A stretch of DNA of 64,000 bases from an uncultured Planctomycetota bacterium (GTDB lineage Bacteria; Planctomycetota; PLA2; JAEUHO01). Below are positions 1-8,656 of the stretch, in pieces. A program made the position numbers and the translations under genes. Numbering within the stretch: the first letter of the stretch is position 1; each line of letters begins with the position of its first letter. The notes under the pieces are model-generated. The model was not told where the DNA came from. It saw nothing but the letters and a program-made list of their open reading frames with translations, and ran no database searches. The stretch covers positions 352,001 to 416,000 of the forward strand of contig CAVVXN010000005.1 of NCBI GenBank assembly GCA_963752285.1, read 5' to 3'.

Positions 1-287
1 GATCACGGGGCGTGGAAGGCGTGCTCTGGCGTCCCGAGGACGGTTCCGGTGTCGTCCTTACGCTGACCGTTCCTCCATCGAAGGACGCCATCGCGACGGG
101 GGGTCCCATCGACTCCGAGGACGTCGAGATCCGTGTCGGACGCACGAGGACACTGAGCGCGGGATGGTCCGGCGGCCCCGTCGCGACCGCGACGAACCGG
201 GCGTTTGTCGCCGAGCTCGACCAAGCGCTCGGGAGCCCGTTCGATGTCCCGGTGCGCGCGGTCGTCCGATGGACCGGAGCCCGCTGA
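1..287 (+). CDS. Hypothetical protein, 5'-truncated at window edge
   Basis: Frame of ORF 12..287 stays open to the window edge; protein-like composition; ends in TGA, convergent with next gene. Confidence 0.55.
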   Translation, partial: SRGVEGVLWRPEDGSGVVLTLTVPPSKDAIATGGPIDSEDVEIRVGRTRTLSAGWSGGPVATATNRAFVAELDQALGSPFDVPVRAVVRWTGAR

Positions 288-341
288 GCGCACGCCAGGG
301 AGCCCGCGGCTGGTCGCTACCGCGCGCCCTGCGTCACCGCC

Positions 342-1199
342 TCAACGGTCGGTGGGGGCGAGGAGATGCGCGTACGGCTCCAGGAGGAGGTCTCGCGCCT
401 CGGCCGGACCCGTCGCCTGCACGACCTGTTGCGGCCCGCCCTGGGTCTTGATCGACTCGGTGAGACGGACCGCGCCTCCCGTTTCGTCGATGCGAACTGT
501 GCGAGCGAACTGGCCCATCCGAAGCCCCAGGAGCTTGGACTCGCTATGGTCCTTCTCGTAGGCGTCCTTCTCCTCGGGCGTCAGGTTGCGGTCGACCCAG
601 TCCCGCCAGCGTTCGATCACCCGGTTCCCCTCGTCTCGATACGGGCCGATCTTGATGGTCGTGACCTCACCGTCCCGCGAGACCTCCGCGTGCTCCTTCT
701 CCAGCGTCTCGATCTCTCCGAGCACCTGAGCGAACTGCGTGGTCATGGCCTCACGTCGGCTCGCGTCGAGGCCGAGGGTTCGCGCGAGCTTCCGCACCTC
801 GCTCCCCTCCGCCTCGAGAGCCGGGCCGCCCGGGATCGCCACGGGTTCCGCCAGCGTCGCCCCGCCCGCCGCCTCGAGCTTCTCGAACGCGTCCAGGACG
901 GGCTTCACGCGCTCCGTCGCCGCGGCTTGCGCCTTTCGCAGGTCGTCGACTTCCTTCTCGAGGGCCCCGACGCGCCCGGCGAGGTCTTTCGACGTGTCCC
1001 GGCCGCGAAGCGTCGGGGTCGGGGCAGGGGGCGACGGGGCCGGCGGTTCGTGCGGGATCTCGGCGCGGACCGTCGGGTTCGCCCGCGTTCCGAAGAACGC
1101 CGCGCCGAGGTACGCGCCGAGTCCCAGGACCGCCGCCGTCAGGAGGGAGGTGACCAGGAGGTCCGTTCGGACCCGACCCCCTTCGAGTCGTCGCTTCAT
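342..1199 (-). CDS. Hypothetical membrane-anchored protein with coiled coil
   Basis: ATG at 1199 after GAGGGGG; hydrophobic LLVTSLLTAAVLGLGAYLGAAFF, Pro-rich linker, heptad LAGRVGALEKEVDDLRKAQ. Confidence 0.75.
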   Translation of the reverse strand: MKRRLEGGRVRTDLLVTSLLTAAVLGLGAYLGAAFFGTRANPTVRAEIPHEPPAPSPPAPTPTLRGRDTSKDLAGRVGALEKEVDDLRKAQAAATERVKPVLDAFEKLEAAGGATLAEPVAIPGGPALEAEGSEVRKLARTLGLDASRREAMTTQFAQVLGEIETLEKEHAEVSRDGEVTTIKIGPYRDEGNRVIERWRDWVDRNLTPEEKDAYEKDHSESKLLGLRMGQFARTVRIDETGGAVRLTESIKTQGGPQQVVQATGPAEARDLLLEPYAHLLAPTDR

Positions 1200-1401
1200 G
1201 GTCCACGCCCCCTCGTCCAAACGACACGACCGCGCGCGCATCCCGGCCCCGCGGACGCACGCAGTCTGACTCTCGTCTCCGGGTCCCGCACGGAGGAGGG
1301 GCCGGCGCGTTCGCCCCTCCCTGCCGAAATGCGCCGCGCGAGGGCCATCTCCTCCGTGGCGCGCCGAGCCGGCGTCCGGCCTCCCGCGACGCCCCGTTCG
1401 C

Positions 1402-2106
1402 TCACGACGGCGTGTCGATCCAGAAGGCCCGGTAGCGGAGGCGCTCGTCGGTTCGGTGGGGGCGTTCCGTTCGCCCCGTGACGGCGAACCCGAGGGCCGA
1501 GACCTCCGCTTCGAGCGAGAGGGCGGCCAGGAGGTCGTCTCGCTCCTCGTTGTAGACGCCGATCACGAGCCGTCCGCCCGGCGCGACCGAGCGGTCGAGC
1601 AGGCACTCCACGAGATCGCGTCGCCGGCGACGCGGGACGTACTCGAGGCCCGTTCGGACCACGTCGTAGCGTCGAGGCGGCGCCCAGGTGAGGGCGTTTC
1701 CCACGTGGATGCGATCGGCCCAGTGGGGGAGGCGCTCCCGGGCGAGCCGTGCGAGGGGCGCCGAGACGTCGAGGCCGTGCGGCTCGATCGCGAGACCGCG
1801 CTCCGCCGCCCAGGCGACCACCGACTCCATCAGGTGGCCGTTCGCGCACCCGACGTCGAGGAAGGTCCCGGACCTCAGGAACGCGTCGCACACGAGCTCG
1901 CGCGCCTGCCGCCAGTGGTCGGGGTCGCCGGAGTGGCCCGACTGCGCGCGGGGGTTTCGGCCCGCGAGGTAGGCCGGCGTGACGACGGCGTCGACGCGCC
2001 GAAACCACTCGTCCTCCGTGATGCGTCCGGCGTCCAGGTCGGCGTCCGCGTCCGCGAGGAGGTGGTGGCCGCGGTTCTTGGCGCGCTCGATCGACTCGTC
2101 CGACAC
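1402..2106 (-). CDS. Class I SAM-dependent methyltransferase
   Basis: Motif I FLDVGCANG, HGLDVS, YDVV, VAPGGRLVIG; GTG start at 2106 after GAGAGGAGG. Confidence 0.85.
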   Translation of the reverse strand: MSDESIERAKNRGHHLLADADADLDAGRITEDEWFRRVDAVVTPAYLAGRNPRAQSGHSGDPDHWRQARELVCDAFLRSGTFLDVGCANGHLMESVVAWAAERGLAIEPHGLDVSAPLARLARERLPHWADRIHVGNALTWAPPRRYDVVRTGLEYVPRRRRRDLVECLLDRSVAPGGRLVIGVYNEERDDLLAALSLEAEVSALGFAVTGRTERPHRTDERLRYRAFWIDTPS

Positions 2107-2259
2107 CGCGGTCCTCCTCTCCGACGCCCGGCCGTCCGATCCTCTCACGGGCCGGTGGACCGCGCGGGTCCCAACTGGCCGTACGGAGCGGGCTCCTGAC
2201 GCCCATTTACGCGACGCGCATCCGGCGTCGGAGGCGAAGGAATGAGGGCGGGGAGCCTG

Positions 2260-2348
2260 GCTTCCGTATTTCAGGCCGGGAGTACCGAGGCGGGGCAATT
2301 CCCGCCGCTATGTGACGGAAGGCCGCGCTCCGTCTCGCCGGGGTGCGG
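2260..2348 (+). repeat. Structured intergenic repeat X, copy 1, preceded by an inverted copy of its 13-nt head unit
   Basis: 2281-2348 matches 7971-8038 (GGAAGGCCGCGCTCCGTCTCGCCGGGGTGCGG identical); 2260-2272 GCTTCCGTATTTC pairs with 2279-2291. Confidence 0.85.
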
Positions 2349-2507
2349 TCGGCTGCGCCGGGCGATGAGCGCGGCACTCGGCTCGGCCTCGTCCCGTTCC
2401 CGCGCGGCTGTCGGTGGCGCGTCCACCGACGGGCCACACCCGAACCTGGAGCTTCCGGCGGGCGCCGGCACGGGCGGCGGGCCGACGACGAAATCCGGGT
2501 GGTCAGG

Positions 2508-4241
2508 TCAGCCGCCAGACGGCGCGTCGAACCGCACGGAGCGGGAGGAGCCGTCGTCGCGCTCGACCTCGACCTCGACCCACGGACCGGGGTAGGGGCC
2601 GAGTCGTTCGCCGCGGTCGGGAACGGTCCCGGGATCCTCCGACCACGACGTCGTCGTTCCGAGCCGCCAGATCCCGAGCTCGCCGCCCGCCGGGTGCCGC
2701 ACGTGGAACGCCCGGCAGGCCCCCTCGGCCGGCAGCGCGCGGTCCACATCGACGAAGACCCCCGGCTCGAGACTGACGTTCACGGAATCGGATCCTCCGC
2801 GTGGGATCTGGACCGAGGGCACGATCGCGGACCGACCCGACACGACCTCGCAGACGAACAGCGTGACCTCGCCCGGCGGCACGTACCGGAACACGTACTC
2901 CGTGTCGCTCTCCCGCTCCATCTTCCCTGCGAGGTCGCCCCAGGTGGAGGGCGTTCCGAATGTCCGTTCGCCCTCGGAAGCGAGCGCTGCCGGCCGACGA
3001 AACAGGAACGACGCGGGCGCGGCGTACGTCCCCGCCTCCATGGCGAGCTTCCGCCGCGGCAGCTCCGCGAGGACGGGAATCCGGACCCGGAGCGTCCCGA
3101 GCGTCTCGTCCGGCTCGAGGGACACCTCGACCCGCGCTTCGTCGCCCGGTGCGGGCACGAAGATCGGACCGGTCTCCCGAACGTGGTACCCCATCGCCCA
3201 CACGCGGGCCGAGTAGACGCCTGGGCGGATCCCGAGGTTCAGGCGAAGCTCCCCACCGGCGAGTGCGGTGGAGCCGCCCCACAGGAGCCGGCCGTCCGGG
3301 TGGAGGAGGGCGTACGAGAAGCCGCGCGGGAGCGGATCGTGCGTCGAGGCGTCCGAGACGTGGAACACGATCACGCCGGAGCGTGAGAGCGTGAACACGA
3401 CGGGGTCCTGCGGCGGGTCGACCACCATGTTCTCCGGGTCCACGTTCCACCAGAGATGGTCGTATCCGACCTCGATCCGTACCGGCGACGTGCTGGACGA
3501 AGGCACACTCACGTACGAGGTGCCCGGCGCCAGCTCGAACTCCTGCTCCACGTTCCACGCCTCCCCAGGCCGCGGCCACGCGACGCCGTGTGCGGCGACG
3601 ACCTCGATGCGTGACCCGAACTCGGGCGCCGATCCGTCCGCGTTCACGACGCGTACGCCCAGGAGCGGTCCGTCCCGCATCTCCAGTCGAAGGGAGCTCG
3701 CTCCCGGAGCGTCCCCGTCCACGTACGCGGGCAAATGGCCCTTCGCCACCGCGCCCACCCAGTGCCCGGCGAGGACCCGCCGCCCGAGGTCCCACGTCCC
3801 ATCCGCCCCGGTCGTCTGGTGGGGCGGGTCCTCCGGCTCCGCGCCCCGCGCACGCCCGATCTTCGGCACGACGAAGACCGTCGCGCCCGCGAGGGGCTGT
3901 CCCGCCGCATCGACGACGACGCCTCGGCACGGCACGCCCCCCGTCGGAGTCGAGCCTCCGGCTTCCTCCGTCGTCGCGGGTCCGCTCGAGGGCGCCGCAT
4001 TCGAGACCGACCCCTCGCCTTCGACGGGCGTCCGCCCCTCGAGGCGCGTGGCCTCGGAAGTCGAGCCCTCGGTCCGAACGCGATCCGTGCCCGGACGCAC
4101 ATCGGCGCCCTTCCCGCCGATCGCGAACCAGGAGATGCAGCTTGCGAGCGCGAGGCTTGCGAGCACGACCCGACGCATCGGGCTCGAGAGTCCTTCGCTC
4201 CGACGGGTCGATGATTCCGAGTCGCGATCCGGTGAGCTCAC
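2508..4241 (-). CDS. Secreted/membrane-anchored carboxypeptidase-regulatory-like (beta-sandwich) repeat protein
   Basis: N-terminal hydrophobic segment; repeated GVVVDAAGQPLAGATV, TTGADGTW, VRVVNADG, LGIRPGVYSARVWAMGY, VPPGEVTL motifs. Confidence 0.75.
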   Translation of the reverse strand: MSSPDRDSESSTRRSEGLSSPMRRVVLASLALASCISWFAIGGKGADVRPGTDRVRTEGSTSEATRLEGRTPVEGEGSVSNAAPSSGPATTEEAGGSTPTGGVPCRGVVVDAAGQPLAGATVFVVPKIGRARGAEPEDPPHQTTGADGTWDLGRRVLAGHWVGAVAKGHLPAYVDGDAPGASSLRLEMRDGPLLGVRVVNADGSAPEFGSRIEVVAAHGVAWPRPGEAWNVEQEFELAPGTSYVSVPSSSTSPVRIEVGYDHLWWNVDPENMVVDPPQDPVVFTLSRSGVIVFHVSDASTHDPLPRGFSYALLHPDGRLLWGGSTALAGGELRLNLGIRPGVYSARVWAMGYHVRETGPIFVPAPGDEARVEVSLEPDETLGTLRVRIPVLAELPRRKLAMEAGTYAAPASFLFRRPAALASEGERTFGTPSTWGDLAGKMERESDTEYVFRYVPPGEVTLFVCEVVSGRSAIVPSVQIPRGGSDSVNVSLEPGVFVDVDRALPAEGACRAFHVRHPAGGELGIWRLGTTTSWSEDPGTVPDRGERLGPYPGPWVEVEVERDDGSSRSVRFDAPSGG

Positions 4242-4394
4242 GGGCGGAGGATACCGCCGCGACGGCCAAGGCCACGGCGGCGCGCGCGGCGGCGTGTGAC
4301 ACGAGCCGCGGCACCGCCGACGCGCCGGCCGACGCGCCCGCCGTCCGCCGGGCCTCCGCGCGCAAGCGCGCGATCGTACGCGCCCGACGGCGTC

Positions 4395-4778
4395 CTACTC
4401 GTCGAAGTCCAGGGGAGCCTGTGTGCCGTACGGCGGGCCGTGTTCGGCCCTGTCGGCACGGAGAGCGCCAACATCAGGCTCGCCGCCCGCCGCGACCGGA
4501 TATGGGCAGGGCAGCCGTTGCCTTCGGTACACCAGGACGTTCGGGTCCCCGGGGTGCGAGCCAAACCCGAGCAGGTCCCAGTCAACGAACATCGACCCGC
4601 ATTCGCAGGTGAAGTACTCGTCATCGTTCGCCGACGTCATGGTCCCGCACCCGGCGCAGCGGTAGGCTACGTCCGGCGTCCGAGTCCAATCCGTGCTCGA
4701 CGCCAGCCCAGGTCCACGCGCAAGGTACTCGTAGCCGATCATCGCTGTGACGGAGACGGGCGTGTGGACCTCGCCCAT
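4395..4778 (-). CDS. Small hypothetical protein with zinc-ribbon-like cysteines
   Basis: YRCAGCG...FTCECG; ATG at 4778 after a GGGGAG-rich leader, directly downstream of the co-oriented gene 4801..5157. Confidence 0.55.
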   Translation of the reverse strand: MGEVHTPVSVTAMIGYEYLARGPGLASSTDWTRTPDVAYRCAGCGTMTSANDDEYFTCECGSMFVDWDLLGFGSHPGDPNVLVYRRQRLPCPYPVAAGGEPDVGALRADRAEHGPPYGTQAPLDFDE

Positions 4779-4800
4779 CCCCACTCCCCACTCCCCACGC

Positions 4801-5157
4801 CTACAACACGACCTCGCGCTCTTCGGCTCCCGGTCCACCTCGTCGAACCACAACCCGCGCGCCCTGGCAGAGAGGGTAAGAGCGCAGGACGGGTTCGACG
4901 GTTGCGAACAGTCTCTCGGCGTCCTTGCCGTACATGAACAAGGTCACCTCTCCTGGACCGAACTCGTTGCCGTCGAATTCCCCAGTCCCCTCACGGGCGA
5001 GCACACCGGTCAGCAGGTCCTCGATGGTCGCCACGTCGCACTGCTCGTAGACCTCGTCGGGGAGGCCCGTACCGTCGAGGTGCACGAGGACGGCCTGGTC
5101 CGGCCTGCCCTGGTTGGCGCCCTGCCCGCGTCGGAAGAGGCGATCGAGGAAACCCAT
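4801..5157 (-). CDS. Small acidic hypothetical protein
   Basis: MGFLDRLF start; GEFDGNEFGPGEVTLFMYG.DAERLF; TAGGAT -10 box 6 nt upstream of ATG. Confidence 0.8.
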   Translation of the reverse strand: MGFLDRLFRRGQGANQGRPDQAVLVHLDGTGLPDEVYEQCDVATIEDLLTGVLAREGTGEFDGNEFGPGEVTLFMYGKDAERLFATVEPVLRSYPLCQGARVVVRRGGPGAEEREVVL

Positions 5158-5238
5158 GCCCGGATCCTAATCGGCGCGGTGCCTGCTCTCCAGTTCCTCC
5201 ATCCACCCGCGCCGGATTGGCCGGGCGTGGGGGAGGCG

Positions 5239-5349
5239 CGTTGCGTTCCGCGCGACGACCTGTGAACATGGCAACTGGAACGCAACGGATGTGGGATCCC
5301 AGGGTCCCGGCGCGCACGGACAACCGCAGACAAGGACCGGTACCCTGGG
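5239..5349. other. Tandem double stem-loop in divergent intergenic region (candidate structured RNA or DNA element)
   Basis: CGTTGCGTTCC 5239-5249 / GGAACGCAACG 5277-5287 is a perfect 11-bp inverted repeat; CCCAGGGTCCCGG 5298-5310 / CCGGTACCCTGGG 5337-5349 matches at 12 of 13. Confidence 0.55.
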
Positions 5350-5379
5350 GCCGACACCGCTTGAGAGCTCGGAGCTGAC

Positions 5380-5952
5380 ATGTCGTGGCCGGATCCGAAC
5401 CGCGCGATCGAGGAGCTTCATGCGATCCAGACGAACGCCGCGCACGGTCAGCGGCCGCCCGCGGCGTTCGCACGCGCGTGTGCGCTCATCTCGCATCCCG
5501 ACAGTGACTGCCGCTGGCAGGCCCTGATCGCCGTCGGGGGGTGGATCGCGTCCGACCCGGAGCTCGTCTGGCAAGTCGTTCTGCGGCACGGCGCCACCGA
5601 GGAGGAGGACTTGCGGGCCGGCGTCGGTTGCGTCCTCCTCGAGCATCTCCTCGATGAGCGCTTCGACGGGTACTTCCCCCGCCTCGCCTCCCTCCTGGAG
5701 GAGGGCGCGCCGTGCCTCGCCGACACCTTCACGTTCTGCTGGCGGTTGGGGCAGTCCGACGAGCAGTGGCGCGAGATCGAGCGCCTGAAGCGGCGTGTCG
5801 CGGACCAAGCCGCCTCCGCCCCCCGGGGACGAGGCATCGAGGTCGACCAGACGCTCGCCGGAATCCTCCGCCACCTGCAAGACGGGGTCGAGCCCGGTGA
5901 AGCACCCGGTCGTCATTCACGGGACGGCCGACGCCCCCACGATCCGACCTAG
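5380..5952 (+). CDS. Hypothetical alpha-helical protein (DUF6869-like/HEAT-like)
   Basis: GGAG before ATG; DPELVWQVVL...GVGCVLLEHLL...F resembles the P..AW..IL...AAGPLEDLL pattern; C-terminal tail looks non-native. Confidence 0.6.
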   Translation: MSWPDPNRAIEELHAIQTNAAHGQRPPAAFARACALISHPDSDCRWQALIAVGGWIASDPELVWQVVLRHGATEEEDLRAGVGCVLLEHLLDERFDGYFPRLASLLEEGAPCLADTFTFCWRLGQSDEQWREIERLKRRVADQAASAPRGRGIEVDQTLAGILRHLQDGVEPGEAPGRHSRDGRRPHDPT

Positions 5953-6151
5953 ACGGGGCGCTCCTGCGGCAGCCCATGGTTCTCAACCGGGCACAGGCGC
6001 CTTCGCGGCGACTCGGGAGGAAGGCATGGATGGTCGCGGATCACGTGCGGCACCGGGAGGGGGCTCGAGATGAGCGCGTAGAGGTCGCGTGCATGCCGTC
6101 GACGGCGCGTCCGTAGCCGCCGAGGAGATCGGGGCGCGTCCCGACGCTCGG

Positions 6152-7885
6152 TCAGCGGGGCGAGGGGAGGCGGATCTCGAGCGTCTCGTGCTCGCCCGAC
6201 GCGAGGGTGACCTTGCCGCGACCGCCGCGGCTGCCCCAGCGGGCGCGAAGGGTCCACGTCCCGGAGGGGAAGTGATCGAGGCGTCGCTCGCCCCCGACAT
6301 CGGTCAACGTGTCGAGGCGCTGCACGTCGCCCGAGACGTCGGCCCACGCCGCGCCCTCCGGGATCCGGAGCTCGGCGTAGGGGAGAGGCTCGCCCTCCTC
6401 GTCGAGGACCCGCACGAGTACCTCGCCGCCGGCGTCCTCGACGAGACGGAAGCGGGTGGTGACGCCGGCGCGGACATTCACCTTCGCTTCGGTGCGGACC
6501 CATCCCGGCTCCGCGAGCAGGAGCATCCTCTCCCCAGACGCGACGTCGGCGAAGTGGACTTTCCCGTAGGCGTCCGTGTCGATCTCCTGCCCGTCCAGGT
6601 GAACCGCGGCGCCGCAGATCGGCTCCCCGAAGGCGGTGACCACGTCGGCGTCCACGGATCCGGTCGGCCCCGACCGGGACCCCGCGCCCACTCAGCCGAA
6701 GCCCAAGCCCAAGCACGGGAAGTAGTCGTCGACGATGACGTTCGGGTCGAAGACGGCGGTCACCACGAGCGGCCACTCGGCACACTCGGGGAGTCGTCCC
6801 TTGGCGATGGCGTCGAGGCCCGGGTCGAGCGGTTCCAGGTCGAGCCACGCGCCGTCCGGGACGTTCCCGTCGGGGAGCGCGGCGAAGTCGTCGTCGAACG
6901 CGCGGACGTGCGGAATATCGGACGACAACTCGCTCGTTTCGTCCTTCGCTCCGTGGCCGCGTTGCTGCGCCAGGATGCGCACCCACTCGTGGGGCAGGTG
7001 GGGGACACCGAGGACCCTCTGTAGCCGGCCCTCGCTCCGGGTCGCGACGCGCCGTCGAAGCAGGTGTCCCGCGACCTCCACCTGTACGGCGTCCGCCTCG
7101 ACCTCGGCGCCCGCCACGTCGATGGCCCGGAGCCACACGTTGGCCTCGCGGCGGAGCGGAGCCACGACGAGAAGCGAACCGGCGCGTCGCGACACGGTGC
7201 CCCGCGCGTCGAGGCCGTCGAACGCGACGTAGCCCTCCGGTGCCTCGGGCTCGAGCCCGAGGTCCACACGGGACGATCGGTCGATGGGGACCGAGCGCTC
7301 CGGGTCCATCTCGGCTGGCGCTCGTCCTCCGGCCCCGCGGACCCGGAAGCGCACATCCGGCAGGACCTCGCCGGTCGCCGCGTCCCGGAAGGCCACGGTC
7401 ACGCGCACCCTCGCCTCACACGTGAGAACGGTCGTCGGCCCCCGGACCGTCGCCCGGACGCGGGGCCCGTACCGAACGCCGCGGGTCGGCGAGTCGGCCT
7501 CGACCACCGCCGTGCCGTCGTACGGCACGTCGTCGAAGGTCGCCTCTCCACCGTCGTCGGTATCGATGAAGCGTGACGTGCCCCCGGATCGGCACATGGT
7601 GACTTGGACCCCCGCGCAAGTCCCCTGGCCGTCCACGACGCGCACGGTCGCCGGACCGCGCGTCGCGGCGGGCGGGGCTACGCGGGGAGCCGGAGCGCGG
7701 CCGCGAAGTGTCACGGCGGTAGAGCGGGCGTTCGACGCGTCGGACGCGGACGCAGCCGGCGTCGTCGCACCGCCGACTCGGATCGACGGGCCACCACGCC
7801 CGCCCGGCCCGGCCCGAAGCGTTCCCGCCACCACGGTGCTTGCGCCGATGGCGCCGAGCGTCGCGACGAGGCAGAGACGATTCAC
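6152..7885 (-). CDS. Secreted carboxypeptidase-regulatory-like repeat protein interrupted by one in-frame TGA at 6692-6694 (recoded codon or pseudogene)
   Basis: ORFs 6692..7930 and 6152..6691 abut in the same frame; both halves carry the same repeat type (VRVVDGQG, TDDGGEATF, TDAYGKVHF, VRVLDEEGEPLP, GTWTLRA); signal-like N-terminus from GTG 7885 (ATG 7930 possible). Confidence 0.65.
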
Positions 7886-7940
7886 GTAGGAGAGAAACGT
7901 AGGTGTCCGCCGCCCGGTTCGCCCCCTCATGGTCGGTCAG

Positions 7941-8038
7941 GAAGTACGGAGGCGGGAAGTACGGAGGCGAAGTACGGAGGCGGGGCAATCTTCGCCGCTT
8001 CGTGGCGGAAGGCCGCGCTCCGTCTCGCCGGGGTGCGG
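7941..8038 (+). repeat. Repeat X copy 2 with triplicated head unit GAAGTACGGAGGC(GG)
   Basis: Units at 7941-7955, 7956-7968 and 7969-7983; 7971-8038 matches 2281-2348. Confidence 0.85.
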
Positions 8039-8039
8039 G

Positions 8040-8170
8040 CGAGGGCAAGGCGGGAGGAGGAGGCGACCCCGAGTCCTTGTCTGTGATCGGGGGTCGCTGA
8101 CGACGAACGACGCCGCCATCGGTGTGCTGACGTGCAGAGGGCCGCGTGACTCACGAAGGTTCATGGGTTG
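8040..8170 (+). repeat. Palindromic dispersed repeat Y, copy 1 (partial; REP/MITE-like)
   Basis: Closely matches the reverse complement of 62470-62603; central GCGACCCC...GGGGTCGC stem. Confidence 0.85.
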
Positions 8171-8255
8171 GGCGGGCGAGGAGAGCGCGGCGCGTAGACG
8201 CCGTCGCGAATCTCTTGGGCGCCCAGAGGGTCGAAACGGGCGAACCCAGCCCGGA

Positions 8256-8588
8256 TCAGCCTCCGGCCCGCCGCGCCGAAAGGCCTCGGTCGAGGAGCAC
8301 GGCCACGATCCGGTCTCGGTGATCGCCCTGGATCTCGATCCTTCGCCCCTTGACCGTCCCCCCCGCGGCGCAGCGAGCCCTCAGCACCTTGGCGACCTCT
8401 TCGATCGCCGCGGGGTGTCCCGGCAGGTTCTCGACCACGGTCACGACCTTGCCCCCGCGTCCCTTCCGTTCGAGCCGCACCCGAACGGCCCCCGCGGGCG
8501 ATCGCGGCATCGGCGACTCGCGCTCCGGGGCCGGCGTCCCGTCACTGCTCCAGACCGACCGGGGACGTCTGGGGTCGTTCATCGGCAC
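8256..8588 (-). CDS. yciH: SUI1/YciH family translation initiation factor
   Basis: VRVRLERKGRGGKVVTVV...LRARCAAGGTVKGRRIEIQGDHRDRI. Confidence 0.92.
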   Translation of the reverse strand: MPMNDPRRPRSVWSSDGTPAPERESPMPRSPAGAVRVRLERKGRGGKVVTVVENLPGHPAAIEEVAKVLRARCAAGGTVKGRRIEIQGDHRDRIVAVLLDRGLSARRAGG

Positions 8589-8656
8589 TCTCTCCCGGGC
8601 GTCGGAGCCCGGATCCCGGGTGCTCCTCGCGGGAACTCGAGCTCTCGAGCGCCCGC

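Noticed and set aside
5326..5337. 11-nt match (GTCCTTGTCTG) between the second hairpin (minus strand) and the loop of repeat Y at 8073
   Set aside because: Too short, and not conserved in the 62.5-kb Y copy
5895..5950. Off-frame PVVIHGTAD resembling an alpha/beta-hydrolase motif (gene remnant)
   Set aside because: A single short motif with no other hydrolase features; may be chance
4296..6150. Integron cassette array
   Set aside because: No RYYYAAC...GTTRRRY attC pairs after the genes, mixed gene orientation and no integrase
7941..7983. Triple repeat as a CRISPR array
   Set aside because: Units are 13-15 nt with no spacers, and there are no cas genes
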